Assembly: GCA_028023455.1 (NCBI GenBank)
Contig: JAQFVV010000006.1
Coordinates: forward strand, 15,066,001 to 15,130,000
Length of the DNA: 64,000 bases
From: Epiperipatus broadwayi
Lineage: Eukaryota; Animalia; Onychophora
Reading direction: 5' to 3'
In this document: positions 1-12,960 of the stretch, piece after piece
Numbering within the stretch: the first letter of the stretch is position 1
How the letters are laid out: each line of letters begins with the position of its first letter
Program-made: the position numbers and the translations under genes
The notes under the pieces: model-generated
Databases searched by the model: none
The model's input: the letters and a program-made list of their open reading frames with translations, nothing else
What the model was told of the DNA's origin: nothing

Positions 1-204
1 CAGCCACATTCAGCTTATATGCATATTGATGTACCAGATGCACATTCACATTTGGAAACAATCAAAGAAGACACTCCAACACTTACTACAACAAAATTTA
101 AAAACTTAAGGATAGCGACAGTATTCTTGCATTGTAGGACATTTTTGCAACAATATGGTTTCTCTTCAAAATATGCTCCGCATTATGACAAGGACTGGAA
201 TTAG
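1..204 (+). CDS. Possible last coding exon of an upstream gene (QPHSAYMHIDVPDAHS...YAPHYDKDWN*), product unknown
   Basis: Frame open from the window edge to TAG at 202-204, less AT-rich than flanks, followed by AT-rich sequence with AATAAA near 215, 405 and 427. No family recognised. Confidence 0.4.
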   Translation, partial: QPHSAYMHIDVPDAHSHLETIKEDTPTLTTTKFKNLRIATVFLHCRTFLQQYGFSSKYAPHYDKDWN

Positions 205-1321
205 TACTCCTAAAAATAAATTTAAAAAATGAGATAAGCTAACACAACCCCTTTGATGGCCAATCATTGTACCAATGAATTTTTTTACCTGGTTAAACAA
301 GATAACTTTCAGAGACAAAGACTAAATCAAAATTAAAAAGAACTTTTTCATATAAGTACATGTAACCCTAGTGTAACCTATTTTGATGTAATCAATTGAT
401 ACTAAATAAAGTTTCCTTTGAAATTCAATAAAAAAAAGTATTTGTGTTTCATGGATTGATCATCTCTAATGTATTGCTATTATAATTGAAGACAATAATG
501 ATTATTTAATATCAAAATTCACTTGTGATGTTATAAATAAAGATATTGAATTTTAAATTTCATTTTATCCTTATTTATTTAATGTTGTTATTGCTGATTG
601 AGACAATTTTTTAATCATGTGTGCCGTATTGCTTTTTGAATTAACAAAATACTTTAGTCACAAGAATTTCTGCAAACTAATATCACAAAAAGAATTAATG
701 AAAATTTGAAGGAAACGTTAATTTCTGTGTGAATTAAAAAAATTGAATGTATAAAATTAATGTTTGAACAGTTTTAATAATTAAGTTCATTCCCGGTAAA
801 ATAGATTATTGCAACAATTAGAAATGATACAGAGGGCCAACAATTTTAAATACTGTCACAGATGACAATATTATATTTATACTTTTGTAGGCCCAAGGCA
901 CAGTATTATGTGAGATCCCTACATATAATTATTTACTAATTTAAATGAATAAAGATAGAGTTAAAAAATAATAATTACAGTACTTTTTTATTAAAAACTA
1001 AATAAAGTTATAAAATAAGTATAGAGTCAAAGTATTTGTTTTAAAGGTAATACTTCATCCTTAACCACTACATTTTCTGATATAGTTCATTATGTAGCCC
1101 ATCTTTCATGCCAACAATCTAGAAAATTAACTGCAGGCCAGTTGAACTTTGGAAATTTTTGCAGGTTGCGAGCTTATTTGTGTGTGTATTTGTTTTTTTA
1201 ATTTCACGTAATTAGGTTAGTTATTCTAGTTAATTATCTGGTATTGATCAGTAAATATATATCTAATTAATATTAACTAGAGGGCACTGTCACAACAATG
1301 AAGCTAGTCAGACAAGTGTTA

Positions 1322-1597
1322 ATATCATCATCAACCATTATCAATCCACTGCAGGATGAAGGTCTCTCCAAGTTTAATCCATCTTCTCCGATCTTTAGCT
1401 TCTCTTCTCCATATCACCCCTGCACATTTTCTTATTTCATCCATCCATCTCACATGTGGTCTCTTTCTGGGTCTTTTACAATCTCTTGGAATCCAGTTTA
1501 AAATTTCAATTGTCCATCTATTATCATCTCTTCTAGCAATATGTCCAGCCCAACTCCATTTCAATCTTTTAATTTTTTCAATAAGGTCAATATACTG
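1322..1597 (-). mobile_element. RTE-type LINE 3' fragment
   Basis: Encodes IKRLKWSWAGHIARRDDNRWTIEILNWIPRDCKRPRKRPHVRWMDEI, typical of the RTE ORF2 C-terminus; ends in a (GAT)n-like tail; about 8 other copies in the window. Confidence 0.85.
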
Positions 1598-3544
1598 ACT
1601 TAAAATAAAAAACAAATACAATTGTAATAGGCTACAGCTCCCCCCCTCCCCAGTTAAGCAGATGTCACTGAGTTTGCTTGAAGATTTGCAATGATATTTT
1701 AGATGTGATAATATGTTGGACTATTTCCATTATCTATTATTACATATCATTGCTGTGAGATTTTGCATTTAATATAGAGGGCGCTTGGAGAGTCCACCAT
1801 TCTAAAATATTACATATTATTTAGTACTGTAATATTTTTAATATTATGTAATAATGATAAGGTCATTTCTCCTTAAAACTATTAAAATGAGTCTTTGGAG
1901 CTTCTGCATTGTATATATTATTTTTTTTAAATATACATAATAAACTTTATTAAATTTAGATCAATTCTAATAAGGCTATTGTTAACATTTCTAAAGAATA
2001 CAAGTTCATTCTTGTTATTATCATTATCTAAATCTTTCCTTATAAGAATGGGCTACAGGCAAAAATGGATTCATTTTTCATCTGTTCAAAGCTAAAAGAT
2101 ATTGCATTCAAAATAGGTGGTGCTTGAAGAGTTCATCATTTCAAAATATATACTGTAACGGAAAGTTGAATAAATATGTGAGTATACCAATTACACATTA
2201 TTATTCCATATTTAAATCCCCAATCATTTATTAAAAAAGTATGTGATATTCTGTGAATAATACTGAAAAAGACTACGTTAGTGTACCAATTGTTTAATTT
2301 AAACAAATTTTCTAATTACATATTACATTCAAATTTTCTATAAATTGGGCATTAAGATTGAGATTGAAAGGAAATTGCATTAGTTTTTAGGCTACTGATG
2401 ACATCATTTATTGACAGAAACATACATCCAGCCAAGACATTGATTTTTTTCATCAAATATTGCTGCACAAAACATAAGGATTCTATAGAGGGAGCAAATT
2501 AAAGTAACAATTTTAAATTATTACAGGTTTATGTATTTTTTTAAATTATTTATATATCTGGAGAGAAAAAATATTTGTTTAATGCACTATTTTCATTCTG
2601 TAAAGGCAACCTTTATTTAAATTAGCCATCAAAATTAATGAGTAGTACGATGACTAATTGGGATGTGGATCAACCAAAAAAATTAAATGTTAATAATAAG
2701 CAATACATTTAATTAACAAAGAAAAATATATGAAGTGGCTTTTACAGAATCCTATTTGACAACATATACAGTAATTAAAAGAATCAAAACTAAGGTTCTT
2801 AAAAGCTTGCTACAGCTGTGTTTCTTTTGAATATTTAAGCTGAATGTCTAAAAGATAAATTCTACTGAACAAGAAATTTTAATGAGTGCAAAAATACTTT
2901 AATGCTACATCTATCTGACTTAATATAATTATAATCATTATTTTACAAAACCATATTACTGTTGAATAAAATATTGAAAATTTAATAATAATAAGTTAAA
3001 ATAATTGGTAAAATCTAAGGCATTATTTATATATAATTTAAATTGTCTAGTCTTGTTTAATTTTGAATTTTGGATAATTTTATATATATATGCATAAATA
3101 ATGTGCACTAATACGACCTTAGCAATTGATTCAAAGAGGATTTTTCAGCCATCTATCTGTTAAGAACCGCTGCTGACAAAAGCTAAACTAAGACATCTTG
3201 CTCTTCTGGTTTTCATTGGTTGAATCTTATCTTCCATCTTTATATGATGAACTACTCAATGAAAGGTTTACTTTATCTTATTGTTACTCTCTTACACATT
3301 TCTTACTGTTACTCTCTTATGAATTATTAACATCCAATTACTAATGACAATTTATCTGACTTTCATTGTATTGTATGTTGTATATAGAGCTTGCAAATAT
3401 ATCCCCAACCCCAGACTGGTTTCTACTACTGGCTTCCTTAGCAATTTTCAACAATTTGTCTATCTTTTTATAGATGTTTGGCTGTTTTCAATTCCTTTGT
3501 TCAAAAATATTTTTGGAATTATTTTAAATAAACAATAGCAGCAT

Positions 3545-3945
3545 ATAAAATCAATAGTAGTATATTGTAAATACTGAACTTTAAGATGTATGGCCTTAGG
3601 TCAACATGGGTATGACAACAATATTGGCATTAACAAGGGTTTGAGCATTCAATCATCAGATTTTCAATGGTATGGATGGCTGAAGAGTTGGAGGCTGGAG
3701 TAGATTGAGGCTGTCCATTAAAGTATAAAGATTTGCTATCTTAATATAAAACTGAACACTGATTACATATATGTGTGTGAAAGGTGATGATCTGGACCAA
3801 CTGATGAGTGCTGGTTCAGCACAAAATACATATATTGGAGATCAGGTATCTTTTTAATGTGTGTGTGGTGATATGTATTGGTTGTATAAGATGGAGTGGA
3901 TAAATGAGAGTTTGAAAGTCTGAGTTCAAATCCCCTTCAGTAACA
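3545..3945 (+). mobile_element. Repeat family E (hammerhead-bearing, tRNA-like B box near 3925)
   Basis: Homologous to 52040-53010; contains a hammerhead motif at 3797-3838 and GAGTTCAAATCCC; flanked by an imperfect duplication (about 3335-3545 vs 3985-4095). Confidence 0.75.
3797..3838 (+). ncRNA. Type-I hammerhead ribozyme motif, family E (G12 mutated)
   Basis: CCAA CTGATGA GTGCTG-GTT-CAGCAC aAAAT ACATAT A TTGG: stem I CCAA/TTGG plus GATC/GATC extension, 6-bp stem II, stem III ATA-CA-TAT. CGAAA has become CAAAA, consistent with CpG decay. Confidence 0.7.
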
Positions 3946-5844
3946 GCTTATCTTACTATTACTTTCTTACAAATTGTTAATACCTAATTACTAACGGTAA
4001 ATTATCTGACTTTCCAACAATTTGTCTATCTTTTTATAGACTTTTTCTTCATTCAAAAATATTTTGGGAATTATTTTAAATAAACAATAACAGCTTAACT
4101 ATTTTTTTTGCTAATGATTTAATTAATTTGTTTTTCAATAAATAAATTAAAAAGCCAAATTATCTTTTTTTTTATGTACAAGATAATTACTTTGAACTCA
4201 AATTTAAAATAAAAACAAATTAAATTGTTTTATATATAACTTAAATTAAATTAAAAATAAAAAACAAGCCATTATATAAAATGAATTTGTTCTTTGCTCA
4301 TAAAAAGTATGATATTTCAATAAAAAAATATTTTAGAGAAATTTTTCAGCCAACATAAGTCTATATATTTGAGGTCACGGTAGGATACATAAATGTTTAT
4401 CATACAAGAATATATTTTAGATACTTTAATTTTATACAAATTTGCTTATTTTTTTATAATTAAAAATATAATAATACTTTATTGATTAATTTTTCTATCC
4501 TTCACAGAAATCTATTTTTAAAACTGTTGCTAACTGCAAATTAGCTGATTTAGAGATAATTATTTTTTTTTTTTTAGAGATAATTTTTTCCTCCCCAATT
4601 TTTTAAATTATTTATTTTTTGCTACAAAAAACAAAATTACTTCAAAAATAGACATAATGCAGAATTCCAAATAAGCTTATTAATTTGCTAACATTTACTT
4701 AAATGTGTTGGTATTTTTTGCATTTAATTTTTAAATGTGTGTATAATTTTATTTTAATTTATTGTGTTTATTTATTTTTAATTGCATATGTATTTAAGAT
4801 TTTAAAAAATGTAAGTAAATCTTAATGTATGCTAAAATAATGTCTGATATTGTGAGAGGAAAAGAGTCTTGGGCTAATCATCAATTAATTAATAAGATGG
4901 TCAAGAATAGAAGCTGGAAAAAAATTACAATACAGTACAAAAATAAATAGAAAAATGTATTAAAAACAATGATATGAAATATGCAACAATCTAAACTAGA
5001 AAAGTGTTTAAATAATAAATGTAATGAAATAAATTACAAAAAAGGAATAAGCTTGATTTTAATTCGTAGTAGAATGAAACATTTTACGAACAAAAAACTG
5101 AATCACAAAAATGAAAAAATAATTAGGAATATTTTGAGATAGTAAGCATATTGAAAAGATAGGGAAAGTATATATATAAGAGATTTATATGGAAAAGATA
5201 GTCCTAATCTGTGTTTAATACCTATAACAATATCACATGATTTTCTTATATACCTTCAAGAGCAGATTTCTTCACTTTATCCTAGAGCCATCTGTTGTAC
5301 ATCTGAGTAATCACTAGATATCTGATAGCATAATACTGAAATATCCTGGACCTGATTTCTGAATTTTTTTATTAGTGAAAACTAGAATTCAGAATTGGGA
5401 CTAATAGTTGTATTAGTTCCGGATTTGAATCTTCATTCTCACTAATAAAGACAAAACCTGAAATTGGTATTAGAATTTGTGGTATTATCCTATCTGGTAT
5501 CAACTGATTTGTCAAGCTTAGTAGTTTGCTCTAAAGTAGGACAAAGGATCTTATCTGTGTTTAATAGTAAAAGAAAATGAAGCATCTAAAGATAAAATAG
5601 ATTATACAATAATGAAAGATAAATGCTGGAAGTAAAATGAAAACAGGCAAAATACTGGAAGTTAAGCTATGAAGACAGAAAAAAGTGTTGCTATTATAAT
5701 ATGCTCAAAAGGATCATTCTAATGACTTTTTTATAGCAACTATGGCTCCTTAGAGGAACTGTGAAGATTTTAGAACAGTTTAATTTTTACTTTATGCTTA
5801 CACAAGCTGTTAAAACAGCCATCGTAATTCCTATCTGTTAACTT

Positions 5845-6190
5845 TCCCCAGATTAGTTTCTAGCTTATAGCAAATTAGCTTGGATTGAAAACCTGTGTGT
5901 GTTGTCAATTTGGCTGATAGCTTTATAGTTAACCAAAAAGGTAAAAGGTTGGTATTGGAAGGGTGTAATAGATCCAATGATCCAAGTAAACTGCTCCTAG
6001 ATCCAACGTTGCTCATTTATGAAAGCCGTAAAGTAGAATTGGATGGTAAATCATTCTATAAGAATTATAATGCACAGCTTTCTAGCATCTATTAAGTACC
6101 AGATCTTACACTAGATGGCACTATAATGAACAGCTTTACTCTTACACTAGATGGCACTACTATGGTAGAGAAAATTTTGCTACTGTTTTA
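5845..6190. mobile_element. Old, diverged copy of repeat family A
   Basis: Aligns by eye to the family A body (ttggattgaaaa...aaaaggttggtattggaagggtg...gatcc) and 3' part (ctagatggcactac); accounts for ORFs 5831-6016 and 5895-6095. Confidence 0.6.
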
Positions 6191-6469
6191 ATTTTACATG
6201 TAGTCTAAGTAATATTAATAATACTACAGACCTGTATTAAATTAACCATGTTCAGGGATGCCCCTAAAATTTTTGTAATGACTGGACAAAAATCACTTAA
6301 TGGATATGTCTAATTGAAAACAAAAACCTTGGTTATCTATTTCATGCACCATTTAGACTTTCAAAAAATAGACTTGTATGCTTATTGTTTGTCTAAAAGT
6401 TTGTGATGGTAAGTATTTTAGTAGTAATAAGATCGTGCAGTGTTTCTACTATTCAATAGTAATTGCTAT

Positions 6470-6900
6470 ATGCCTTTAGAAAAGTTCAACTTTATTTAAA
6501 CTGTTTAAATACATTTAACTGTTAGAAATAACACAAAGATTAGTATATACCCCAATGTTTCAAGTGGTATTATTCCATCTTCTTTAAATGTTAATGGTCT
6601 GATCAGTGGGACTACTAGTATTGGAATCAAAAACAGAACCTTTAGATTGGTGAATATTGAATTTAAGGTTGATATTTTAATCAACTAGGCTATTCTGCCA
6701 AGATATTGGTCTAATCAGTGATAGCAATAGCATGGGGATTGAACCCTGATCTTTAGATTTATGAATATTAAATTCAAGGTGAAGCTATTTAACTAAACTA
6801 TTTTATCAAAGTCAACAATCAGGAGAAGTTTCATATATTTATCTATGACAGTCCTCCTGATTTCTTCACTATTCCTAAGGGATAGGTTAATAACTGACTT
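6470..6900 (-). mobile_element. Repeat family B, partial tandem copies (tRNA-like head + decayed hammerhead)
   Basis: Homologous to 7740-8420, 23340-23720 and 28750-29210; GAAACATTG retained at 6554-6561 (- strand). Confidence 0.65.
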
Positions 6901-7074
6901 TCCAAACATAATAAATAATCATGCTATGTTCATCTGTAGGGGTATTTGTCATTGTCATCAGGACAGCTTCTTGGAATATTTACCACTTAATATAGTCCAA
7001 TGTATAATTACTCTTGTAGGTTTATTGTCTAAATTTATCATGAAGTACAATTATCTCATAAAGTTTACTTTTAA

Positions 7075-7495
7075 GCCAATAAACATCACATGACTACCAC
7101 CTCTTATGCTTGTGTATAACTGTTGTTAAAACAGACAAAACTCACTATACATATGCCACACACAGCAAACTAGAGTAATCAATGAATGCCAGAAGGCTTG
7201 TGCATAAAATCCCCATCTAGTGCCTACTCATCCAACATCCCCAGACTAGTTTCTGGCTTGTGGCCATCGTCAGTGAGGGTATCTGAGAGCACTGCACCCT
7301 AGATCTTAGAAATTCTAGGTGCAGTGCTCTCAGATCCAAGGCTCCTCACTGATCAAGGCCACAAGCTAGAAACTAGTCTGGAGATGTTGGATGAGTAGGC
7401 ACTAGATGGGGATTTTATGCACAAGCCTTCTGGCATCCATTGATTACTCTAGTTTGCTGCGTGTGGCATACGTATAGTGAGTTTTGCCTGTTTTA
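7075..7495. mobile_element. Family A fold-back pair (inverted copies meeting near 7310)
   Basis: About 7130-7300 is the reverse complement of about 7318-7495; each arm carries a hammerhead motif. Confidence 0.9.
7238..7279 (-). ncRNA. Type-I hammerhead ribozyme motif, family A, intact core
   Basis: CCCTCA CTGACGA TGGC-CACAA-GCCA GAAAC TA GTC TGGGGA. The + strand partner at 7343-7384 has CTGATCA (G8 mutated). Confidence 0.8.
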
Positions 7496-7739
7496 ACAAA
7501 AGTTTACTTTTCTTGTTTTTTTAATTCCAAAATCATTAAATTTGTCATTGCAGTGTAAAGTTGTAAATTGTTTATGCTCGCTGTATAGTAATATCAGTAT
7601 TAGACTTCTTGAATCAATTAAGTTCTTATGGAAAATTTTTATTAATTTTAACTTATAACAACAAATAAACATAATTTTGATATGTAAATACATAATGATT
7701 TCCTGAAGGTTTGTGATGATGGCGTTCTAGTTGTACTTT

Positions 7740-8420
7740 TATATTGGACTGTTTCCATTATCTAATATGTGTATGGAATGTCATTAGAAAATTTTAATTT
7801 TTTATTTAAATATTCCAAATACATTTAAGTGTTAGTAATAGCACATCAAACAAGTTAGTATATGCACATTTTGAGAGGTATCATTCTCCAATCTTCTTCA
7901 GGTGTTGCTGGCCTGACCAGTGAGGTACTAGCATGGGATTCAAACTTGGGTCCTTAGATTTTTGATTATCAAATTTTAAGGTAATGCTCTAACCAACATA
8001 ATAATGCAAAAAATCCCAGATGCCAACCTAGTGTGACTATATACAAGGTACGGAAACCACTAACCAATTTCGTTCTTAGGAAAAAGTGGAGAAATCAGGA
8101 GAAACCTCAAAGATAGGTATATGAAATTTCTACTGACTGTTGTCTTTGGCAGGATGGCTGTTGGTTAGAGTGTTACCTTAAAATTCAATAATCAAAAATC
8201 TAACCCAAGTTCGAATCCCATGCTAGTACTTCACCGGTCAGGCCAGCAACAGCTGAAGAAGAGGGGAGAATAATACCTCTCAAAACATTGTGCATATACT
8301 AACCTGTTTAATGTGCTGTTACTAACAGTTGAACGTATTTGAAATATTTAAATAAAAAGTTACATTTTTCTAATGACATTCAATAGGCATATTAGATGGT
8401 GAAAATAGTCCAATAAATAC
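7740..8420. mobile_element. Family B inverted pair: tRNA-derived head followed by a Penelope-type hammerhead
   Basis: 7740-8000 (-) and 8147-8420 (+) are inverted homologues. + copy has A-box-like GTTGGTTAGAG and B-box GTTCGAATCCC, then CTGAAGA-A-GAGGGG-AGAATAATA-CCTCTC-aAAAC at 8253-8286. Confidence 0.8.
8246..8293 (+). ncRNA. Hammerhead ribozyme motif, family B (G12 mutated)
   Basis: CTGAAGA, extra A, 6-bp stem II GAGGGG/CCTCTC, then CAAAAC (CGAAAC with a CpG transition; GAAAC retained in the 6554 copy). Stem I is short and weak. Confidence 0.55.
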
Positions 8421-10164
8421 ACGTAAATACATAATAAATGTGCAACTTATAAATGTGAAAATTATTTGTCTACAAATAAACAAACTATCATATAATTATA
8501 AAACTGCAGTTGTTTAATACTTATTTTTCAGAAAATATATGAGAAAATTTGGTATCTCGACAATTATCATTAATTCATTTGATTTTTATAAAAAGAGGAA
8601 GTTCCTAGTGTCCTAGAAGCCTTATACTTAGATAGTTCTGAACTAGACAATAAACAGATTGAATTTTTAAATGACCCAAATACTAATGAGATATAGAATA
8701 AAAGGGAAATTAATATTTATTAAATAAGTTAATTGATGGAATACTCTAGTAGATATTTTGATGAGTAAAGCAGATTAGCCAATTTGATTTTTTTTTGTAA
8801 GATTAAATAATAATGATATTGTCAGATGCTTTGGAGGTCAAATGAAATTCAAGCAGCAAATTACAGATTGTGCTTTCAGTTAATTGAGTTTTTTTTATTA
8901 CTTTTTTCATCTAGTATTTAATTCATGAATATTTTGCTCTCGTATCCATCACTCTTACTACTACACTAAATCAAGCGGACAGATTTAATAGCATTCTTTA
9001 AGAAGACATAGATGTAGAGAAAAACAGAGATATTTTCTTTCTCATGTTCATTTATATTTATTTAGATGAACTACTTACTATGTTAGTTCCATCTTGCTGA
9101 GGATGGCATTCCCAACGGATGTGAGAAAATTCGTTGCATCAGTTTGGCGAATAAATAAAAATAATCGAATGGCATACTGCTTAGGAATTCACATAACAAA
9201 TATGAAGACTGAGTTTAATAAAATTTTAATAAAATTAATGAATTTTATACAATGTTTGGGATGAAAGTAAGGATACCCATATCTAAAGTGCTGATTATAA
9301 TGGTGATACTATATTGCGAATGTTAACTGAACAGAAAGTAATAAAGCAAATTGCTGCTTTTAACTGTTTATATGATTTTTCCAAGATGTTTACTATTTTT
9401 TCCCAACATCCTTGTATTGCTTATATTAATTTTTTGCTTTCCCTTTGCATTACATTGATTTTTTTTTTTTTTTAATAAAGAACCACTTTCTTTTATAAAC
9501 TGTTGATAAACTTAATTTTATTTTTATAATAAAAAGTAACTTTAACTTTCTAAAAAATAAATTTGAAAAAATGAATTAAAGCAATTCAATTCAGTATAAA
9601 ATGTATTCTGACTTGAATCCTATATAAATATTAGATAAGACGTTCTACGTAAAAGATTTGAATATTATACAAGCAGGGCTACCAAAATCTTACTGAAGAT
9701 GCTGACTGATAAATTAAAAAAAATCAAATAAATATTTTTCACTGTTTATTAAAATGGGTATTTAAAAAAAAAAGACTTCACTGTTACTTTTAAAAGAAAC
9801 ATTTGTTTTCAAAACAAATATTTTTGATATGAATTAAAATTTACAATGTCTATTTGAACAAACACAACTCGTATTTGGATAAACAGATGTTGTATTTTTA
9901 CAAAAAATGGGATACTATGTATCATTTGTTGGGGAAGAGTCTTTACAATCTCGAAAGTGCAGTAAAGCCACAAACTACACAGTTATCAAAATACAGAACG
10001 TCAATTATACACTACCCCCCCCCCCCAATGTAAACAAACAAACTAAAAAAAAAAAATCATTAAAATTTGCAAATTTAATTCATTTTACGATACAAATAGG
10101 AAATTATTATTTCAAAAACTTTTTATTTATTTATTTATTTTAATAATAAAAAGGGGAATGTTAT

Positions 10165-10269
10165 CAAGCTTGGTGGCCGAGAGGTCAGCGACAGCTGCTT
10201 TACAAGCAGTTGTCCCGGGTTAGTGGGTTCGCTTCCCGGCTGATGCTATGACACATGAGAGAAAAAAAA
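10165..10269 (+). mobile_element. tRNA-Gly-derived SINE with A tail and target-site duplication
   Basis: A box TGGCCGAGAGG, B box GGTTCGCTTCCC, tail GACACATGAGAGAAAAAAAA; flanked by an aaggggaatgtt repeat; 5 further copies in the window. Confidence 0.85.
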
Positions 10270-12429
10270 GGGGGGAATGTTTAAAAAATATTCCAGGCGC
10301 TTGTTTTTAATAAAAATTAAAGAAAAATAATAAATAAAGAATTAATTATTCTTTAATTAGCTCACTTGATAGCGTAGCTAAAGAAAAAAGCATTACCCTT
10401 CTGATTTCCCAGACTTTTAAGGATTTTCTATCATTTTTCATTCTCTACGTAAGTATGGCTAAACACCCAATGCTGACCTATAATTAAATGACTGACTATG
10501 ACCAACTACCTGCCAAAAAAAAAGCCTAGGCTTTTTTGGGGTTCAAAAAAATTTCCAGGACTTCAGCGTGGATTCGAATTCAACATCTTGGCATAGAAGA
10601 CGGATGCACTACTCCTAGATTATTGTTAATTTTATATGCGCATATAAACACACTTATTTTTCTTAAAACTAATTCGTAAAATAAATAAAGGAAATATTTT
10701 TACATAATTAAAATATTTAATAAAACATCTCATATAGTTCGATTTTTTTAAAAAAAAAAATCAATTTTTATTTTTTGATTGAATTAATTATTGGATTTAT
10801 CGTTTTTTTTTTATTTAGGTTTTTCTTAGAATTTGTAAATTAAAAACAAAATCTTGAATTTTTAATTTGTTTATTCAAAACTTGAAATTAATTCAATTGC
10901 ATTTACTGTAATTAATTACAATATTGCCATCAAGCCTTAATATGAATATAAATAAGCATTGTTTTACCAGCTCTTAGGCAATATATGTCTTCATGGTTAT
11001 TTCATGCCAAGGTCGGCTCAAAGATCAAATGTGATTGTGCTTTGCTTCTTTCTTTCCATAGATATTTAAAAATTTAATTTTTACACGTATACATTATCCG
11101 TTATGCAGATTGGATTATTACTGTCCGTGTTATTTTTTCCCCCATGATTTCTCATTATCTAACGTGCGCGCATCTACACATGTGAGAGGATGTGAAAAAA
11201 TTTAGTAAATATTAACACAGCTCTTTTTCTATACACACATATCGTATTTAAAAGAATGTTCAATATTTTGATTAGAACACATGTTTATATATATAAACAT
11301 TTTAAGTAAACGTACACAAATTAATTTTAATAAAATATATATACAGATCTTTAATTTTTCACTACAGCGGGATATATAACTATGGTTACGGGTTTTGTGC
11401 AGTCGATGCGAATCATTTATTTTTTTACTCTTTCTTTTTTACCCCACGGAATAATAATGGTCCCACTTGTTTGCGAATAGTTACCAATGTTCAGGATTAG
11501 TGTACATATACATTGGTAAAATACGATACATTTCATTTACAACCAACAAATTCTTTAATTGACTGAAAGTATATGTTGTGACGCTCCTTTCTGCCGGCGC
11601 TCAAAGCAATGTTTTTTGCTTGGGGTTACCTCTGATCCATCGGGGCTCACTCTTATAGCACAACATTCTATATTTAACTCTACCGATTATAAAGTTGATA
11701 CATTACTATCCAAACATCGATTGGTTGTTCTCTGCGCATAGTTATATAATTAATCATTTACACATAAAATAAATTACCGAACAAAATATGTGTTTAAGAA
11801 AAGGGATTTTTATTACGGATAATTACCGTCATATAAATAAATTAGCTCTTTATTTAATATTTACCATAACAATTACTTTAACTTGAAGGTTATTTATTTA
11901 CTCTCTATTAATTTTTTACTTTTCTGAACAATTGAAAGTTTAAATTACGAAAACAATAACGGAACGATCGCTCAAACGTGATGTTAAAAGATCTTATGTA
12001 AATAATAACTGCTTAACATTTCCTAGCTTTCTTCCTTATTATCAACCAACAAGAGAAAATGGATTTTAAACAAAGGAAAAGTGTGCTTTTTGGAGCGTAC
12101 TTACGACCAAGACACTAGAACAACCGCTACACTTCAGCGCCCCTCAGTGACCCATAAAAAAACATATTGCGGAATTCTAAATATTATCATTTTATTACGT
12201 TTACAAAGTATTTCCTGAAAGATGAATAAAGTTTACTTTATAAACCGCAAATGATAATCTTTATTTTAAAAAAACTTGGAAGACAGTTATTTGGTACAGT
12301 GCTCTTAAATGACCTCACAGTTAACTGGTAAATACTCCACACGTCTAAAAAAGCGTCATTAATACAAAAATCTCTCTCAAACCTGGAGGGCATTTTTAGG
12401 GGCCAAAAAACTCGAAATTTGTTGATTGA

Positions 12430-12540
12430 CGCTATTGTCACGTGACATTTTACAAACCAAGTGGGGCGGTCCTGATCTCTCACATGGTTCCAGGTTTCCC
12501 TTTATTAAAGACATCGTTCCGCACGGAAAGCCCAGTTAGC
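12430..12540 (+). promoter_or_regulatory. Putative core promoter of the P450 gene
   Basis: CpG-rich relative to flanks. Perfect palindrome TGTCACGTGACA (12436-12447, extended E-box), GC box GGGGCGG (12463-12469), TATA-like TATTAAA at 12503 and Inr-like CCAGTT with A at 12534 (31 nt spacing), 48 nt before the ATG. Confidence 0.55.
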
Positions 12541-12581
12541 GTGAATCTGCGGTTGAGGATCAATTTGCTCCGTTTACCACA

Positions 12582-12960
12582 ATGATTTTAAGTTTTGTGA
12601 AATCTTCCGCGATTTCTGCCGTCGACTGGTTGAGAAACGAATCTTACCTGACTACGGCTTTTTTTATTATTGCGGTATTTTTACTAATAAAATTATTAAT
12701 CAACCGTCGACCTACCTTAAATTTGCCACCGGGACCAACCGGTATTCCCATAGTCGGCTATTTACCTTGGTTAGGTCGGGATGCTCATCTAACTCTAACT
12801 AAACTCTCCGAAAAATATGGGAAAATCTATAAACTGTATTTAGGCAATCGCCTAACAATTGTTATAACTGATTATAAAATTATTAAAGAAGCTTTCAGAC
12901 AAAAACAGTTTTCCGGACGTCCGAGCGTAGATATCTTCGAAGGAATAATAAGAGGATACG
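12582..12960 (+). CDS. Cyp18a1: Cytochrome P450, CYP2 clan, CYP18A1-like: exon 1
   Basis: N-terminal membrane anchor and PPGPTGIPIVGYLPWLG hinge; donor G|GTAAGA at 12960/12961 (phase 1). The symbol means '-like'; orthology is unproven. Confidence 0.95.

Noticed and set aside
5895-6095. ORF MCVVNLADS...KRLVLEGC as a host gene or GIY-YIG remnant
   Set aside because: It lies in an old family A copy. KRxVLEGC faintly recalls the end of Penelope GIY-YIG domains, but younger copies have stops in this frame and no other motif is present.
8820-9240. Exon-like + strand frames (MAFPTDVRKF..., YLIHEYFALV...) and 10971-11010 (ALRQYMSSWLFHAK)
   Set aside because: No consistent phase-compatible gene model and no recognisable homology.
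500-12100. Head-to-head CYP306A1 (phantom) partner as found next to CYP18A1 in many insects
   Set aside because: No P450 motif was found on either strand upstream of the promoter.
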